In this document: in pieces, positions 17,174 through 25,040 of the stretch
Position numbering within the stretch: the first letter of the stretch is position 1
Layout of the letters: every line of letters starts with the position of its first letter
Source: an uncultured archaeon
GTDB taxonomy: Archaea; Iainarchaeota; Iainarchaeia; Iainarchaeales; CSSED10-239
DNA length: 30,774 nucleotides
NCBI GenBank assembly: GCA_964591795.1
Contig: CAZQEL010000008.1
Coordinates: 1 to 30,774 of the forward strand
Reading direction: 5' to 3'
Program-made: the position numbers and the translations under genes
Notes under the pieces: model-generated
The model's input: the letters and a program-made list of their open reading frames with translations, nothing else
Told to the model about the DNA's origin: nothing
Database searches by the model: none

Positions 17174-17224
17174 TTAACGCCGAAAAAAGCTAAAAACACT
17201 ATTTTTTAAATATTTCGGCGTTAA
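17174..17224. repeat. 51-nt stem-loop element, left copy (12-bp stem TTAACGCCGAAA/TTTCGGCGTTAA, 27-nt loop)
   Basis: Read directly from the sequence. Ends 8 nt before the Fic ATG. The loop carries a TATA-like TTTTTTAAATA centred about 26 nt upstream of the ATG. Confidence 0.85.
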
Positions 17225-17232
17225 ATGTATTT

Positions 17233-18210
17233 ATGTATCTTACAATAAAACAAATTAATTCTAAAAAATATTACTATCTTGAAGAGAAGATAGATAATAA
17301 AACAATAAATACATTTATAGGTATAGATAAAATTAACAATATTAATAAATTTAAAGAGATATTTAAAAAACATAGATTAAATATAATATTAAAACAAACA
17401 AATAAGATTAAAAAAGAAAAAGATATTAAATATTTATCTACCTCTCAAATAATAGAGATTGAAAAACTTAAATATAATTTAAATATATTTAAAACTTATT
17501 TTAAAGAAACATATCAACAATTTAATGAAGATGAATATATTAGATATATACAAGGAAGTTCTTCTGTTGAAGGAAATTCAATTAATCTTGAAGAAACAAC
17601 CCTAATTATTAAAGAAAATTTATCAATACATGGAAAAACAATAAATGAAGTAAAAGAAATTCAAAATTTACTTGAAAGTAAAAAAATTATTGATAAACTA
17701 CCTGAATTAAATGAAAAATTAATTAAAAAAATACATTCTAAAATAATGTCTTCATTTATAACTAAAAAACCAGGTGAATATAGAGATATACCCATATTTG
17801 TAACTGGTTCTGAAGTTAAAAGAGTAAATTATAAAGAAATATCTCTAAAATTAAAAGAATTATTAAATTGGTATATTAAAAATAAAACTAAACTACATCC
17901 AATAGAACTAACTTCTATATTTCATATTTGGTTTGAAAATATACATCCTTTTATAGATGGAAATGGAAGAGTAGGTAGAGAGTTATTAAATTTAATACTA
18001 TTAAAAGAAAATTACCCACGTATAATTATTAATTTAAAAAATAGAACTAAGTATATATCTATTTTAGAAAATTCACAAATACAAGGTAACCAAAAATATG
18101 TGAATTTTTCTGAATTTACATATAATCTTTTAATTGAAAGATCAAATATTATTGAAAAAGAAATTGAAGATAATATTGAAATAATATATAATAAAATTAA
18201 AAAGACTTAA
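17233..18210 (+). CDS. Fic-domain protein (class II, with an intramolecular inhibitory motif)
   Basis: 325 aa. Catalytic HPFIDGNGRVGRE fits HPFx[D/E]GNGRxxR. The upstream SSSVEGN fits the [S/T]xxxE[G/N] inhibitory helix motif. Confidence 0.85.
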   Translation: MYLTIKQINSKKYYYLEEKIDNKTINTFIGIDKINNINKFKEIFKKHRLNIILKQTNKIKKEKDIKYLSTSQIIEIEKLKYNLNIFKTYFKETYQQFNEDEYIRYIQGSSSVEGNSINLEETTLIIKENLSIHGKTINEVKEIQNLLESKKIIDKLPELNEKLIKKIHSKIMSSFITKKPGEYRDIPIFVTGSEVKRVNYKEISLKLKELLNWYIKNKTKLHPIELTSIFHIWFENIHPFIDGNGRVGRELLNLILLKENYPRIIINLKNRTKYISILENSQIQGNQKYVNFSEFTYNLLIERSNIIEKEIEDNIEIIYNKIKKT

Positions 18211-18257
18211 CGCCGAAATATTAAAAAAATAGTATTTATATCTTTTTTCGGCGTTAA
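18207..18257. repeat. 51-nt stem-loop element, right copy, inverted relative to 17174-17224
   Basis: Identical 12-bp stem. The 27-nt loop is the reverse complement of the left loop at 23/27 positions. The Fic stop codon (18208-18210) lies inside the stem. A T6 run sits at 18243-18248. Confidence 0.85.
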
Positions 18258-18269
18258 ACTCTTTAAAAA

Positions 18270-18467
18270 CTATTTTTTGTAAAAATCCATTATTGGTACA
18301 ATTGCTAATAATATGAAAATTATTAAATAATAATACCATTCTAAATATAATAAATCTGGCCATAGTTTTACTACCATTAAAGTAAATGCAACAACTGATA
18401 GTTTAACAAAACCCATATCATACCATTTAAGCTTTTTCATTTTTTTGTTTAAAAATTTAAAACACAT
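18270..18467 (-). CDS. Small membrane protein
   Basis: 65-aa ORF with two hydrophobic helices. The true start may be the internal MKKLKWYD methionine. Confidence 0.4.
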   Translation of the reverse strand: MCFKFLNKKMKKLKWYDMGFVKLSVVAFTLMVVKLWPDLLYLEWYYYLIIFILLAIVPIMDFYKK

Positions 18468-18540
18468 AATCTACATCCCCCTATACTAGTTATTATTAAT
18501 GATATGATTTAAAAAGAGGTTACTTTATTAAAAATAGAAT

Positions 18541-18610
18541 TAATATCCCGGTCTTGTCCCGTAAAATTCACTTTGTTCCGGTGAAATTATATTAATAGTT
18601 CCACTTATAT
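18541..18610 (+). promoter_or_regulatory. Conserved GC-box/TATA promoter element, copy 1 (partner 29841-29910, inverted)
   Basis: Block TCCCGGTCTTGTCCCGTAAAA (18546-18566) is identical in both copies. Block TGTTCCGGT.AAATTATATTAAT.GTTCCACTTATAT (18574-18610) differs at 2 positions. Similarity continues through the AAGGTGATTA ribosome-binding site to the ATG. Confidence 0.7.
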
Positions 18611-18651
18611 GTTTTTTAATAATTAACAAAAAAACAAAAGGTGATTAAAAA

Positions 18652-19095
18652 ATGAATAAAAAAATAATTTCATCAATTCTATTAATTGCTACATTTGCTT
18701 TAGGATTATTTTTCTTAGTGCCTAATGTTAGTGCTTATAGAGGAGACATAATAACACAAGGACCAAACTATACTGAAGAAATGCATGATGCTATGACTAC
18801 TGCTTTTGAAAATATAGACTATGCTACATGGAAAGAACTTATGCTTGAAAAAAATAGTAATGCAAGAATTTTAGATGTAATAAATGAAGACAATTTTGAA
18901 ACATTTGCACAAGCACATGACGCAATGGTTAACGGGGATATTGAAACTTCACAAAAATTAAGAACAGAACTTGGTCTTAATAACGATCAAGGTCCTAGAG
19001 ATGGAACCGGTAACAGATTAGGAAACAATCAAAACAGAAAGAACATGGGTAACTATGATAATTCTGGTTTTGGACAAAGAAATAAAAGAAGATAA
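18652..19095 (+). CDS. Secreted protein of unknown function with a Gly/Asn/Arg-rich tail
   Basis: 147 aa. Signal-peptide-like N-terminus MNKKIISSILLIATFALGLFFLVPNVSA. Strong AAGGTGA ribosome-binding site. Confidence 0.5.
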   Translation: MNKKIISSILLIATFALGLFFLVPNVSAYRGDIITQGPNYTEEMHDAMTTAFENIDYATWKELMLEKNSNARILDVINEDNFETFAQAHDAMVNGDIETSQKLRTELGLNNDQGPRDGTGNRLGNNQNRKNMGNYDNSGFGQRNKRR

Positions 19096-19120
19096 TTCTT
19101 CTTTCTCTTTTTCTTTTAAA

Positions 19121-19687
19121 TTAATAATCATGCCCAGGGCAAAGAATATCATAATCTAATTTTTTTAATTTATCTAGCGATTCATTCATTTTCTCTGGAA
19201 CTGAAGTAAAAAGATCAGTTCTTCCAACATACCCATTATAGAAAAGAGTATCTCCAGAAAACAAAATACTTCGCTTAGTATCATGTATACAAATAGAACC
19301 TTTAGTATGACCAGGTGTGTAAATAATTTTAAAGTAAGTAGGTAGTTTTAGTGTTTCAATATCTTGCAACTTAACATTAAAACTATCAGACAATGGTTTT
19401 AATAAAATAGTTTTAAATTTATCTTTATTTAAAGACAAAATAGCATCTTTTGATGCATAAAAGGTAGCATTCTTAAAAAGAGAATAATTGCCTATGTGAT
19501 CATAATGAAGATGAGTAAAAATAATAGTTTTTATTTTATCTAGAGAAATTATTTTAGAAATATCTTGAATAACCATTCGTTCGTCAGTTGGTGTTCCTGC
19601 ATCAATTAATATGTTTTCTTCTTTTAAAAAAAATATATTTGAGTCTCCTGATATTTTAAAAACACCATTATAAATTTCTTCAAGCAT
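19121..19687 (-). CDS. MBL-fold metallo-hydrolase
   Basis: 188 aa. THLHYDHIGN (HxHxDH), PGHTKGS, GDTLF and CPGHD motifs. Confidence 0.8.
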   Translation of the reverse strand: MLEEIYNGVFKISGDSNIFFLKEENILIDAGTPTDERMVIQDISKIISLDKIKTIIFTHLHYDHIGNYSLFKNATFYASKDAILSLNKDKFKTILLKPLSDSFNVKLQDIETLKLPTYFKIIYTPGHTKGSICIHDTKRSILFSGDTLFYNGYVGRTDLFTSVPEKMNESLDKLKKLDYDILCPGHDY

Positions 19688-19717
19688 ATTTAATCTTATT
19701 TAGTTGTTATTAAAAAC

Positions 19718-20059
19718 TTATTTTAATGATTTTTTAATAGAATTAATTCCATATTTTAAAGGAACAGTATTCATATTCAAAGGTATTGACTTTAATTCTA
19801 GTTTATCTAAAAAATCTCTATATGATAATCCTGCTATTTCACTTGCTTCACTTATATTTATTTCTGTGTTTTTATATAACTCAACTGCTTTATTGAATCT
19901 ATATTCTAATACTTCTTTTTCAATTATAGATCTAATATATTCTGATTCAGTCAAATTTTTTTCTTTAGCAATAGCATAAATTATACTTGATAAAGAGTCT
20001 TTTAATCTTAATGTTTTAACATTCATTTTTTCTTTTTCAGTATATTTTAGTTTAACCAT
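19718..20059 (-). CDS. RHH-like plus UPF0175-like antitoxin candidate
   Basis: The ATG at 20059 is preceded by AAGGTGA at an 8-nt spacing, so it is preferred over the track's GTG at 20071. The UPF0175-like segment is AVELYKNTEINISEASEIAGLSYRDFLDKL. Confidence 0.55.
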   Translation of the reverse strand: MVKLKYTEKEKMNVKTLRLKDSLSSIIYAIAKEKNLTESEYIRSIIEKEVLEYRFNKAVELYKNTEINISEASEIAGLSYRDFLDKLELKSIPLNMNTVPLKYGINSIKKSLK

Positions 20060-20067
20060 ATTTAATT

Positions 20068-20577
20068 TCACCTTTTTAAATAATTATTTATAGATTTTAA
20101 ATAATCTTGAGAAAGCGATTTTTCTATAATACTAATTTTTACTAAAATTTCTTTTTTAGTTAGTTTTTTATTAAAATATAAAAATAATAAGAATTCAATT
20201 ATATTTCCAACTAATATATTATTTTGTTTACAATAATTATAAGGTCTTCCATTATCAATAAAAGTAATTAAACCTAGTTCTTGTGATAAAGCAATACAGT
20301 ATAGTTCACCAGAATCTTTACTTACTTGACTTTCTAATTCTTTTTTAATAGTAGCTGGGTCTTTCACTACTATAATTCCTTCTTTTTTTAATTTATAATA
20401 TAGTTTAATATCATTTGGGGTAAATAATTTAAACTTTAAAGATTCTGCAAACGTAATTTCTAATTCAACTTTAGAAGGAACATATAAATAATTATAATAT
20501 TCTAAAAAAATATCTAGTAAATCAACTTTAACTAAATGTATCCAAAAGGATGCATCAACAATAGCAATCTTTACCAT
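20068..20577 (-). CDS. PIN-like (DUF3368-type) nuclease toxin candidate
   Basis: 169 aa. N-terminal IAIVDASFWIHL is typical of the first acidic strand of PIN-like proteins. Adjacent to the UPF0175-like gene. Confidence 0.5.
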   Translation of the reverse strand: MVKIAIVDASFWIHLVKVDLLDIFLEYYNYLYVPSKVELEITFAESLKFKLFTPNDIKLYYKLKKEGIIVVKDPATIKKELESQVSKDSGELYCIALSQELGLITFIDNGRPYNYCKQNNILVGNIIEFLLFLYFNKKLTKKEILVKISIIEKSLSQDYLKSINNYLKR

Positions 20578-20608
20578 ATATAAATTATATTACGAAATAT
20601 TTAAAAAT

Positions 20609-20625
20609 GTATTACATTGTAATAC
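20609..20625. promoter_or_regulatory. Palindrome GTATTACA-T-TGTAATAC upstream of the PIN-like operon
   Basis: Perfect 8-1-8 inverted repeat, 32 nt upstream of the 20577 start. Confidence 0.35.
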
Positions 20626-20695
20626 AAAATAATTAAAAAAATTAATATTATTAAAAATAAAATTTAAAGAAATTATAATAAAATTATAACTTCAT

Positions 20696-20750
20696 TTAAT
20701 GAGTAAACCAGAAATTATATATTTTTTTACCTTCTTTTTCTTCAATTGAA
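20696..20750. repeat. Orphan copy of the 3' end of gltX (direct repeat with 22266-22320)
   Basis: 54/55 nt identical. The minus strand reads SIEEKEGKKIYNFWFTH*, against SIEEKEGKKTYNFWFTH* in the live gene. Confidence 0.9.
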
Positions 20751-20861
20751 AATAGAAAAGGAACAAGTGATTATTTAACAATTAATTACGATAGCGATGC
20801 TGAGTTAGATTTTAAATTAAAGATAATTAAAAACGGAGAAGTTGTTGCTTATAACAACTAA
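20751..20861 (+). pseudogene. Orphan 3' fragment of a plus-strand gene
   Basis: Open frame ..TSDYLTINYDSDAELDFKLKIIKNGEVVAYNN* with no start codon. It begins abruptly at the repeat boundary. Confidence 0.3.
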
Positions 20862-20874
20862 CTCTTTCTTTTTT

Positions 20875-22131
20875 TTATTTAATATTAAAATCTCTCCAAA
20901 TCAGATAATATTTTAAAATATTAATATTTTCCTTTTTTGAATCAAAATCAATTTTTGAATTTTCTTTAACAATTAAATAATTTTTATTTAATTCTAATTT
21001 TTGTACAGCTTTTAATTTAAAATTTTTAATTTCCTTATAAGTAATTTGATTTTTATATTTTACTTCAACACCTATCTTTTTAGAAGTAATTTGGTCATAA
21101 CTAATAAAATCAATCTCATTTACTCCTCTATTATTCCAAAAATATTCTGCATTTAACTGAAAAGCAACATCTGCTTCAATAAATTTACTTTCATTAGGAT
21201 TATTAGTTACAAAAGAAATTAATGTAGTACAATATGGATAAAACTTTTTTGAACTTTTTTCTACCTTTCTTGCATTATTTGAAAAATTATACACTTTTCT
21301 GATTAATCCACTATTTACTAAATAATCTATATATTTTGAAATCTTATTTCTATCTGTTCCAAAATCCTTAGCTAAATCATTATAATTTATTATTTGACCA
21401 GGATCTTTTAAAATAACTTTTAAAATACTTAATAAAATATCAATATCAACATCTAATATATATTTTTCTGAATCTTCAAATATTATTTTTTTAATTATTG
21501 TGGTAACATAATCTTTAGATTCAATTGAAGAGTTTATTGCTAATTGAGGATATTGTCTTTTTAAATAGATTTTATACTGTTCAATAAATGCATCATCATA
21601 TACAGCTTTTAATAAATTTTCATTATTTGAAAAAACTAAATATTCCTTAAAACTTAATTGTGGCACAAAATATTCAAAAATTCTTCCTGCAAGACTTTCT
21701 TTTTTACTAACTCTTAATGTAGACCCACTTACAATCAATTTAATATTTGGATAATTATCATATATTATTTTCACTTTTTCTTGCCAGTTATATATTTTTT
21801 GTATTTCATCAAAAAAGAAATAAAGTTTTCCAGAATCAATAGATTTACCTCTAATAATTTCATATTCTTTTAATAATTTAAAAATATCTTCAGTAAAATC
21901 ATCATATGAAAAATAAAATATATCTTTTACATTTATTTTATTATTAATTAAATAATTAATTAATTGTTTAATTAAAACAGATTTCCCAACTCTTCTAGAA
22001 CCTTCAATAGATAAAATTAACTTATTAGATAATATATTTTTTTCTAGAATATAATAAACATCTCTTTTTATTGGGTAATCAATAAGATTACCTTTCCAAT
22101 GTTTATTTTGAAAATAAATTATTTCTTGCAT
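20875..22131 (-). CDS. AAA ATPase of the AAA_14/DUF4143 type
   Basis: Walker A GSRRVGKSVL and Walker B-like LYFFFDEIQ. A start at 22131 (MQEIIYFQNKHW) is preferred because TTTATAAA lies about 24 nt upstream, consistent with a leaderless transcript. Confidence 0.7.
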   Translation of the reverse strand: MQEIIYFQNKHWKGNLIDYPIKRDVYYILEKNILSNKLILSIEGSRRVGKSVLIKQLINYLINNKINVKDIFYFSYDDFTEDIFKLLKEYEIIRGKSIDSGKLYFFFDEIQKIYNWQEKVKIIYDNYPNIKLIVSGSTLRVSKKESLAGRIFEYFVPQLSFKEYLVFSNNENLLKAVYDDAFIEQYKIYLKRQYPQLAINSSIESKDYVTTIIKKIIFEDSEKYILDVDIDILLSILKVILKDPGQIINYNDLAKDFGTDRNKISKYIDYLVNSGLIRKVYNFSNNARKVEKSSKKFYPYCTTLISFVTNNPNESKFIEADVAFQLNAEYFWNNRGVNEIDFISYDQITSKKIGVEVKYKNQITYKEIKNFKLKAVQKLELNKNYLIVKENSKIDFDSKKENINILKYYLIWRDFNIK

Positions 22132-22265
22132 ATACAAATAAGATACAAAACATTTATAAATAGCAATCATATTTGTAACAAATATGCATAAATAATTAAA
22201 TTTTGTGCCAAATTTGTTGTTTTTTTGGTAAAAAAATAATTCTATAATCCAAATTTATATGTTTA

Positions 22266-22320
22266 TTAATGAGTAAACCAGAAATTATATGTTTTTTTAC
22301 CTTCTTTTTCTTCAATTGAA
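22266..22320. repeat. Gene-resident copy of the 55-bp direct repeat (partner 20696-20750)
   Basis: Starts exactly at the gltX stop codon and covers the last 17 codons. Confidence 0.9.
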
Positions 22321-23960
22321 TCAAGTCTACAAAAACCAAATCTCTCAAACTGAATAATATCTCCAATATTTAATTGTTCAATATTCTTTTCTGCCTTTCC
22401 TTTGAAAAGATCATGTTCAGGAGTAAACACAGTAGCATCTATTAATTGAAAATCATCGTTTGGTAGAAAATGAATTATTTTTTTATTATTATTTGGAGTT
22501 TCTTTAAAGTTAATATATTCTTGAGAATCAAAAACATATTCTGAATCTTTAACCTTAAAATTAATGTTATCCATTAAACGAATAAGATTACCATCCTTAA
22601 AAGACTCAACATCTTCTTTTTCAAGAAAATAACTACCGTTAGACACAAAATTTCTATCTCCTAGTTTAAACATAGGATGTATTGATAATGAATAATGTCT
22701 ATTAATATCATTTACAACTGATATTTTTACAGGTTCTTTAATAAAGAAAAATCTTTTAGCAGTATCATTTAATATTCTTTTATTATATTTAATTATTGTA
22801 TCCCATGTAATTACAGCACCAGATGACTTAGTAATTCCAGATTCAACAACCATTTGCATAATTGCTTCTTTTGTAAACCCACGTCTTTTTAATGCTCTCA
22901 AAGTAGGAAGACTAGGATCATCCCAACCAATAAGTTCACCAGAATTAACTTTTTCGCGAATTTCTCTTCCTGATGACGCCATACCTTCTAAATTAAATCT
23001 TGAAAACTCATATGTAAAAGTATCATAAAGACCTAGTAATTTTCTAATATAATGATGAAGTTCACTTGCCATTTCAAACTCTAATGTTCTTAATCTATGA
23101 GTAGTATTAAGATATCCATCTAAAAATGCATTTTGAAAATCATAGGTAGGATAAACTCTATATTTAGATCCAATCCTTGGATGTTCAGCATCAATCACTC
23201 TAAAGATAGTAGGATCTCTCATTCTTGAATTTTTATGTTTTAAATCAACTTTAAGTCTAAGTGAGGCTTTTCCTTCCTCATAATTTTTCATTTCATTCCA
23301 TTTAATTAAATTTTCTTCTGGAGAATTATCTCTACAAGAACAAGCTTCTTTTTTCATTCTATTTTCACTCATTTGTTCAGGCTTACAAAAACACATATAT
23401 GCCTGTGATTTAAGGATAAGTTTTTCTGCTTCTTCATGCATTTTACCTATATAATCAACAGCATATAAGACTTTGTCTATTTTTACACCTAACCAATCAA
23501 GATCCTCTAACATTATCTTATAAAACTCAGGTTTTACAAGTCTTGGGTTTGTATCTTCAAATCTTAAATAGAATTTACCATTATATTGTTTTGCTAAAAG
23601 ATAATTAAGTAAAATTGCTTTAGAGTGACCAATATGAAAATATTTTTCAGGGCCTGGTGGAAAACAAGTAACAACCTTGTCACCTTCTTTAATATTTAAA
23701 AAAGCAAAAATGTTTCTTTCTTCTTTTTCTTTCTTATCAAAAAAGCTTGGATTTATTTTTTTAACCATTTCTTGTTGTTTTTCTAAAGATAAAGCATTAA
23801 TTTCTTCAATTAAAGGAATAAGTTCTAAAGATAATTCCTTTGTTTTAGTTCTATATTCAGGAAAATCTTTTAAAACACCACCTAAAATAAATTTAAGTTC
23901 TGCTTTTCCTTTATACTTAACTGCATTTTCTAATATTATTTTTTTAAAAGTATCTTGCAT
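22266..23960 (-). CDS. gltX: Glutamyl-tRNA synthetase, archaeal/eukaryal type
   Basis: 564 aa. Class I HIGH motif FHIGHSKA. Long catalytic core plus a C-terminal beta-barrel-type region. The N-terminal ILENAVKYKGKA..LGGVLK segment resembles a GatB/YqeY-like appended domain. Confidence 0.9.
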   Translation of the reverse strand: MQDTFKKIILENAVKYKGKAELKFILGGVLKDFPEYRTKTKELSLELIPLIEEINALSLEKQQEMVKKINPSFFDKKEKEERNIFAFLNIKEGDKVVTCFPPGPEKYFHIGHSKAILLNYLLAKQYNGKFYLRFEDTNPRLVKPEFYKIMLEDLDWLGVKIDKVLYAVDYIGKMHEEAEKLILKSQAYMCFCKPEQMSENRMKKEACSCRDNSPEENLIKWNEMKNYEEGKASLRLKVDLKHKNSRMRDPTIFRVIDAEHPRIGSKYRVYPTYDFQNAFLDGYLNTTHRLRTLEFEMASELHHYIRKLLGLYDTFTYEFSRFNLEGMASSGREIREKVNSGELIGWDDPSLPTLRALKRRGFTKEAIMQMVVESGITKSSGAVITWDTIIKYNKRILNDTAKRFFFIKEPVKISVVNDINRHYSLSIHPMFKLGDRNFVSNGSYFLEKEDVESFKDGNLIRLMDNINFKVKDSEYVFDSQEYINFKETPNNNKKIIHFLPNDDFQLIDATVFTPEHDLFKGKAEKNIEQLNIGDIIQFERFGFCRLDSIEEKEGKKTYNFWFTH

Positions 23961-23962
23961 AA

Positions 23963-24241
23963 TTAATCATAATTCCTTTTATAAACATCATCTCTATGTT
24001 CAAAATATCTAAATAAAACTTTATTTTCTTTTTTTAAATATCTAAAAATTAAAACAAATCTCTGAGTGATATGAACTCTTTTAAAGTTTTGTAAAGGTGT
24101 TCTTAAATTTTTATAATGCTCGATATCAGAATTATTTTTAATTTCATCTATCTTAGTAAGTACTTGGTAATATAACACTGAATCTTTTTTAGAAAGTTTT
24201 ATTAAATTTTTTAATAATTCTTTATGATATTCAAAATTCAT
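23963..24241 (-). CDS. RelE/ParE-superfamily toxin
   Basis: 92 aa. C-terminal KRVHITQRFVLIFRYLKKENKVLFRYFEHRDDVY fits the RelE-family pattern. Its stop codon is 2 nt from the gltX start. Confidence 0.6.
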   Translation of the reverse strand: MNFEYHKELLKNLIKLSKKDSVLYYQVLTKIDEIKNNSDIEHYKNLRTPLQNFKRVHITQRFVLIFRYLKKENKVLFRYFEHRDDVYKRNYD

Positions 24242-24493
24242 CTATTTACCTTTTATATAATTATCTAAGTCATTTACAGAATTAAATTTTTTATAATCTG
24301 AAGATTTATTTTTTTTATTATCTGATAATACTTTGTTTATAAAATCAGGTCTTAATTCTGGTTCTAGTTCTAATTCTGCATAATATTTTACAACTACAGA
24401 AATAGCCTCTACCTTATTTTTTAAATTATTCTTTGCCTTGATAATATTTAAGGTTTGATTTATATCTATAGGTAAATCTAATAATGCTTTCAT
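24242..24493 (-). CDS. Cognate antitoxin candidate
   Basis: 83-aa ORF abutting the toxin start with no gap. Confidence 0.45.
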   Translation of the reverse strand: MKALLDLPIDINQTLNIIKAKNNLKNKVEAISVVVKYYAELELEPELRPDFINKVLSDNKKNKSSDYKKFNSVNDLDNYIKGK

Positions 24494-24520
24494 GTTCTCA
24501 CCAAATATATTATATATAGA

Positions 24521-24560
24521 AACATTAATAAATGTTAATAGTTGTTAACAAATGTTAATA
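24521..24560. promoter_or_regulatory. Operator-like repeat array upstream of the RelE-like module
   Basis: AACATTAATAAATGTT palindrome, TGTTAACA palindrome and two AATGTTAATA direct repeats 20 nt apart (24531-24540 and 24551-24560). Confidence 0.3.
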
Positions 24561-24977
24561 CTTTTTAAAAATAGACTCAAGAGAGTGTTTTTTAAGAAAA
24601 TGTTGTAAAGGTAAATATACTTTTTTTGGAAATTCTTTTAATGAAAACCAATCAAGAGATTTGCATTTTCTAGGTTCAGTAACAATTGGAGTTCCCGATA
24701 AATATTCAGCTGTGAAAAAGAAAGTAATATAATGATAATTAGCTTTCTTGTACATATCGCTTGTAAAATCAATATACTTAAGATTTTTAATTTTAAGACC
24801 AGTTTCTTCTAAAGTTTCACGTTTTACAGCAGTTTCAAGTGTTTCAAATTGTTCTAAATGACCACCAGGAAGAGAATATGTGTCTTCAGTTAATTTTTTA
24901 GAAGCTTTTCTTTTTTCTAAAATAACTTTATTGTTTTTAATTATAAAAACAGCAACACTTATTTTTGGTTTTGACAT
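24555..24977 (-). CDS. NUDIX hydrolase
   Basis: 140 aa. Nudix box GGHLEQFETLETAVKRETLEETGL. Confidence 0.8.
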   Translation of the reverse strand: MSKPKISVAVFIIKNNKVILEKRKASKKLTEDTYSLPGGHLEQFETLETAVKRETLEETGLKIKNLKYIDFTSDMYKKANYHYITFFFTAEYLSGTPIVTEPRKCKSLDWFSLKEFPKKVYLPLQHFLKKHSLESIFKKY

Positions 24978-25040
24978 ATTACATCATCTTTATTTGAAAT
25001 CAACATACATTTTAATTAACTAATAGATTTTTAAAATAAA

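Noticed and set aside
17174-17224. Bacterial-type rho-independent terminator hairpins.
   Set aside because: The left copy precedes the Fic gene and follows no co-oriented gene. A 27-nt loop is atypical for intrinsic terminators, and the genome context looks archaeal. Only the T6 run in the right copy may contribute to termination.
17174-18257. Classical integron gene cassette with two attC sites around Fic.
   Set aside because: The outer ends do fit RYYYAAC/GTTRRRY. However, the stems are perfect with no extrahelical bases. The two elements are inverted relative to each other rather than co-oriented. Neighbouring genes are not in a co-oriented cassette array. No IntI-like gene is present. 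The idea is kept only as an alternative to test within the finding.
22132-22170. 13-codon N-terminal extension of the AAA ATPase (MIAIYKCFVSYLY).
   Set aside because: The extension contains the TATA-like TTTATAAA that is correctly spaced for a leaderless start at 22131.
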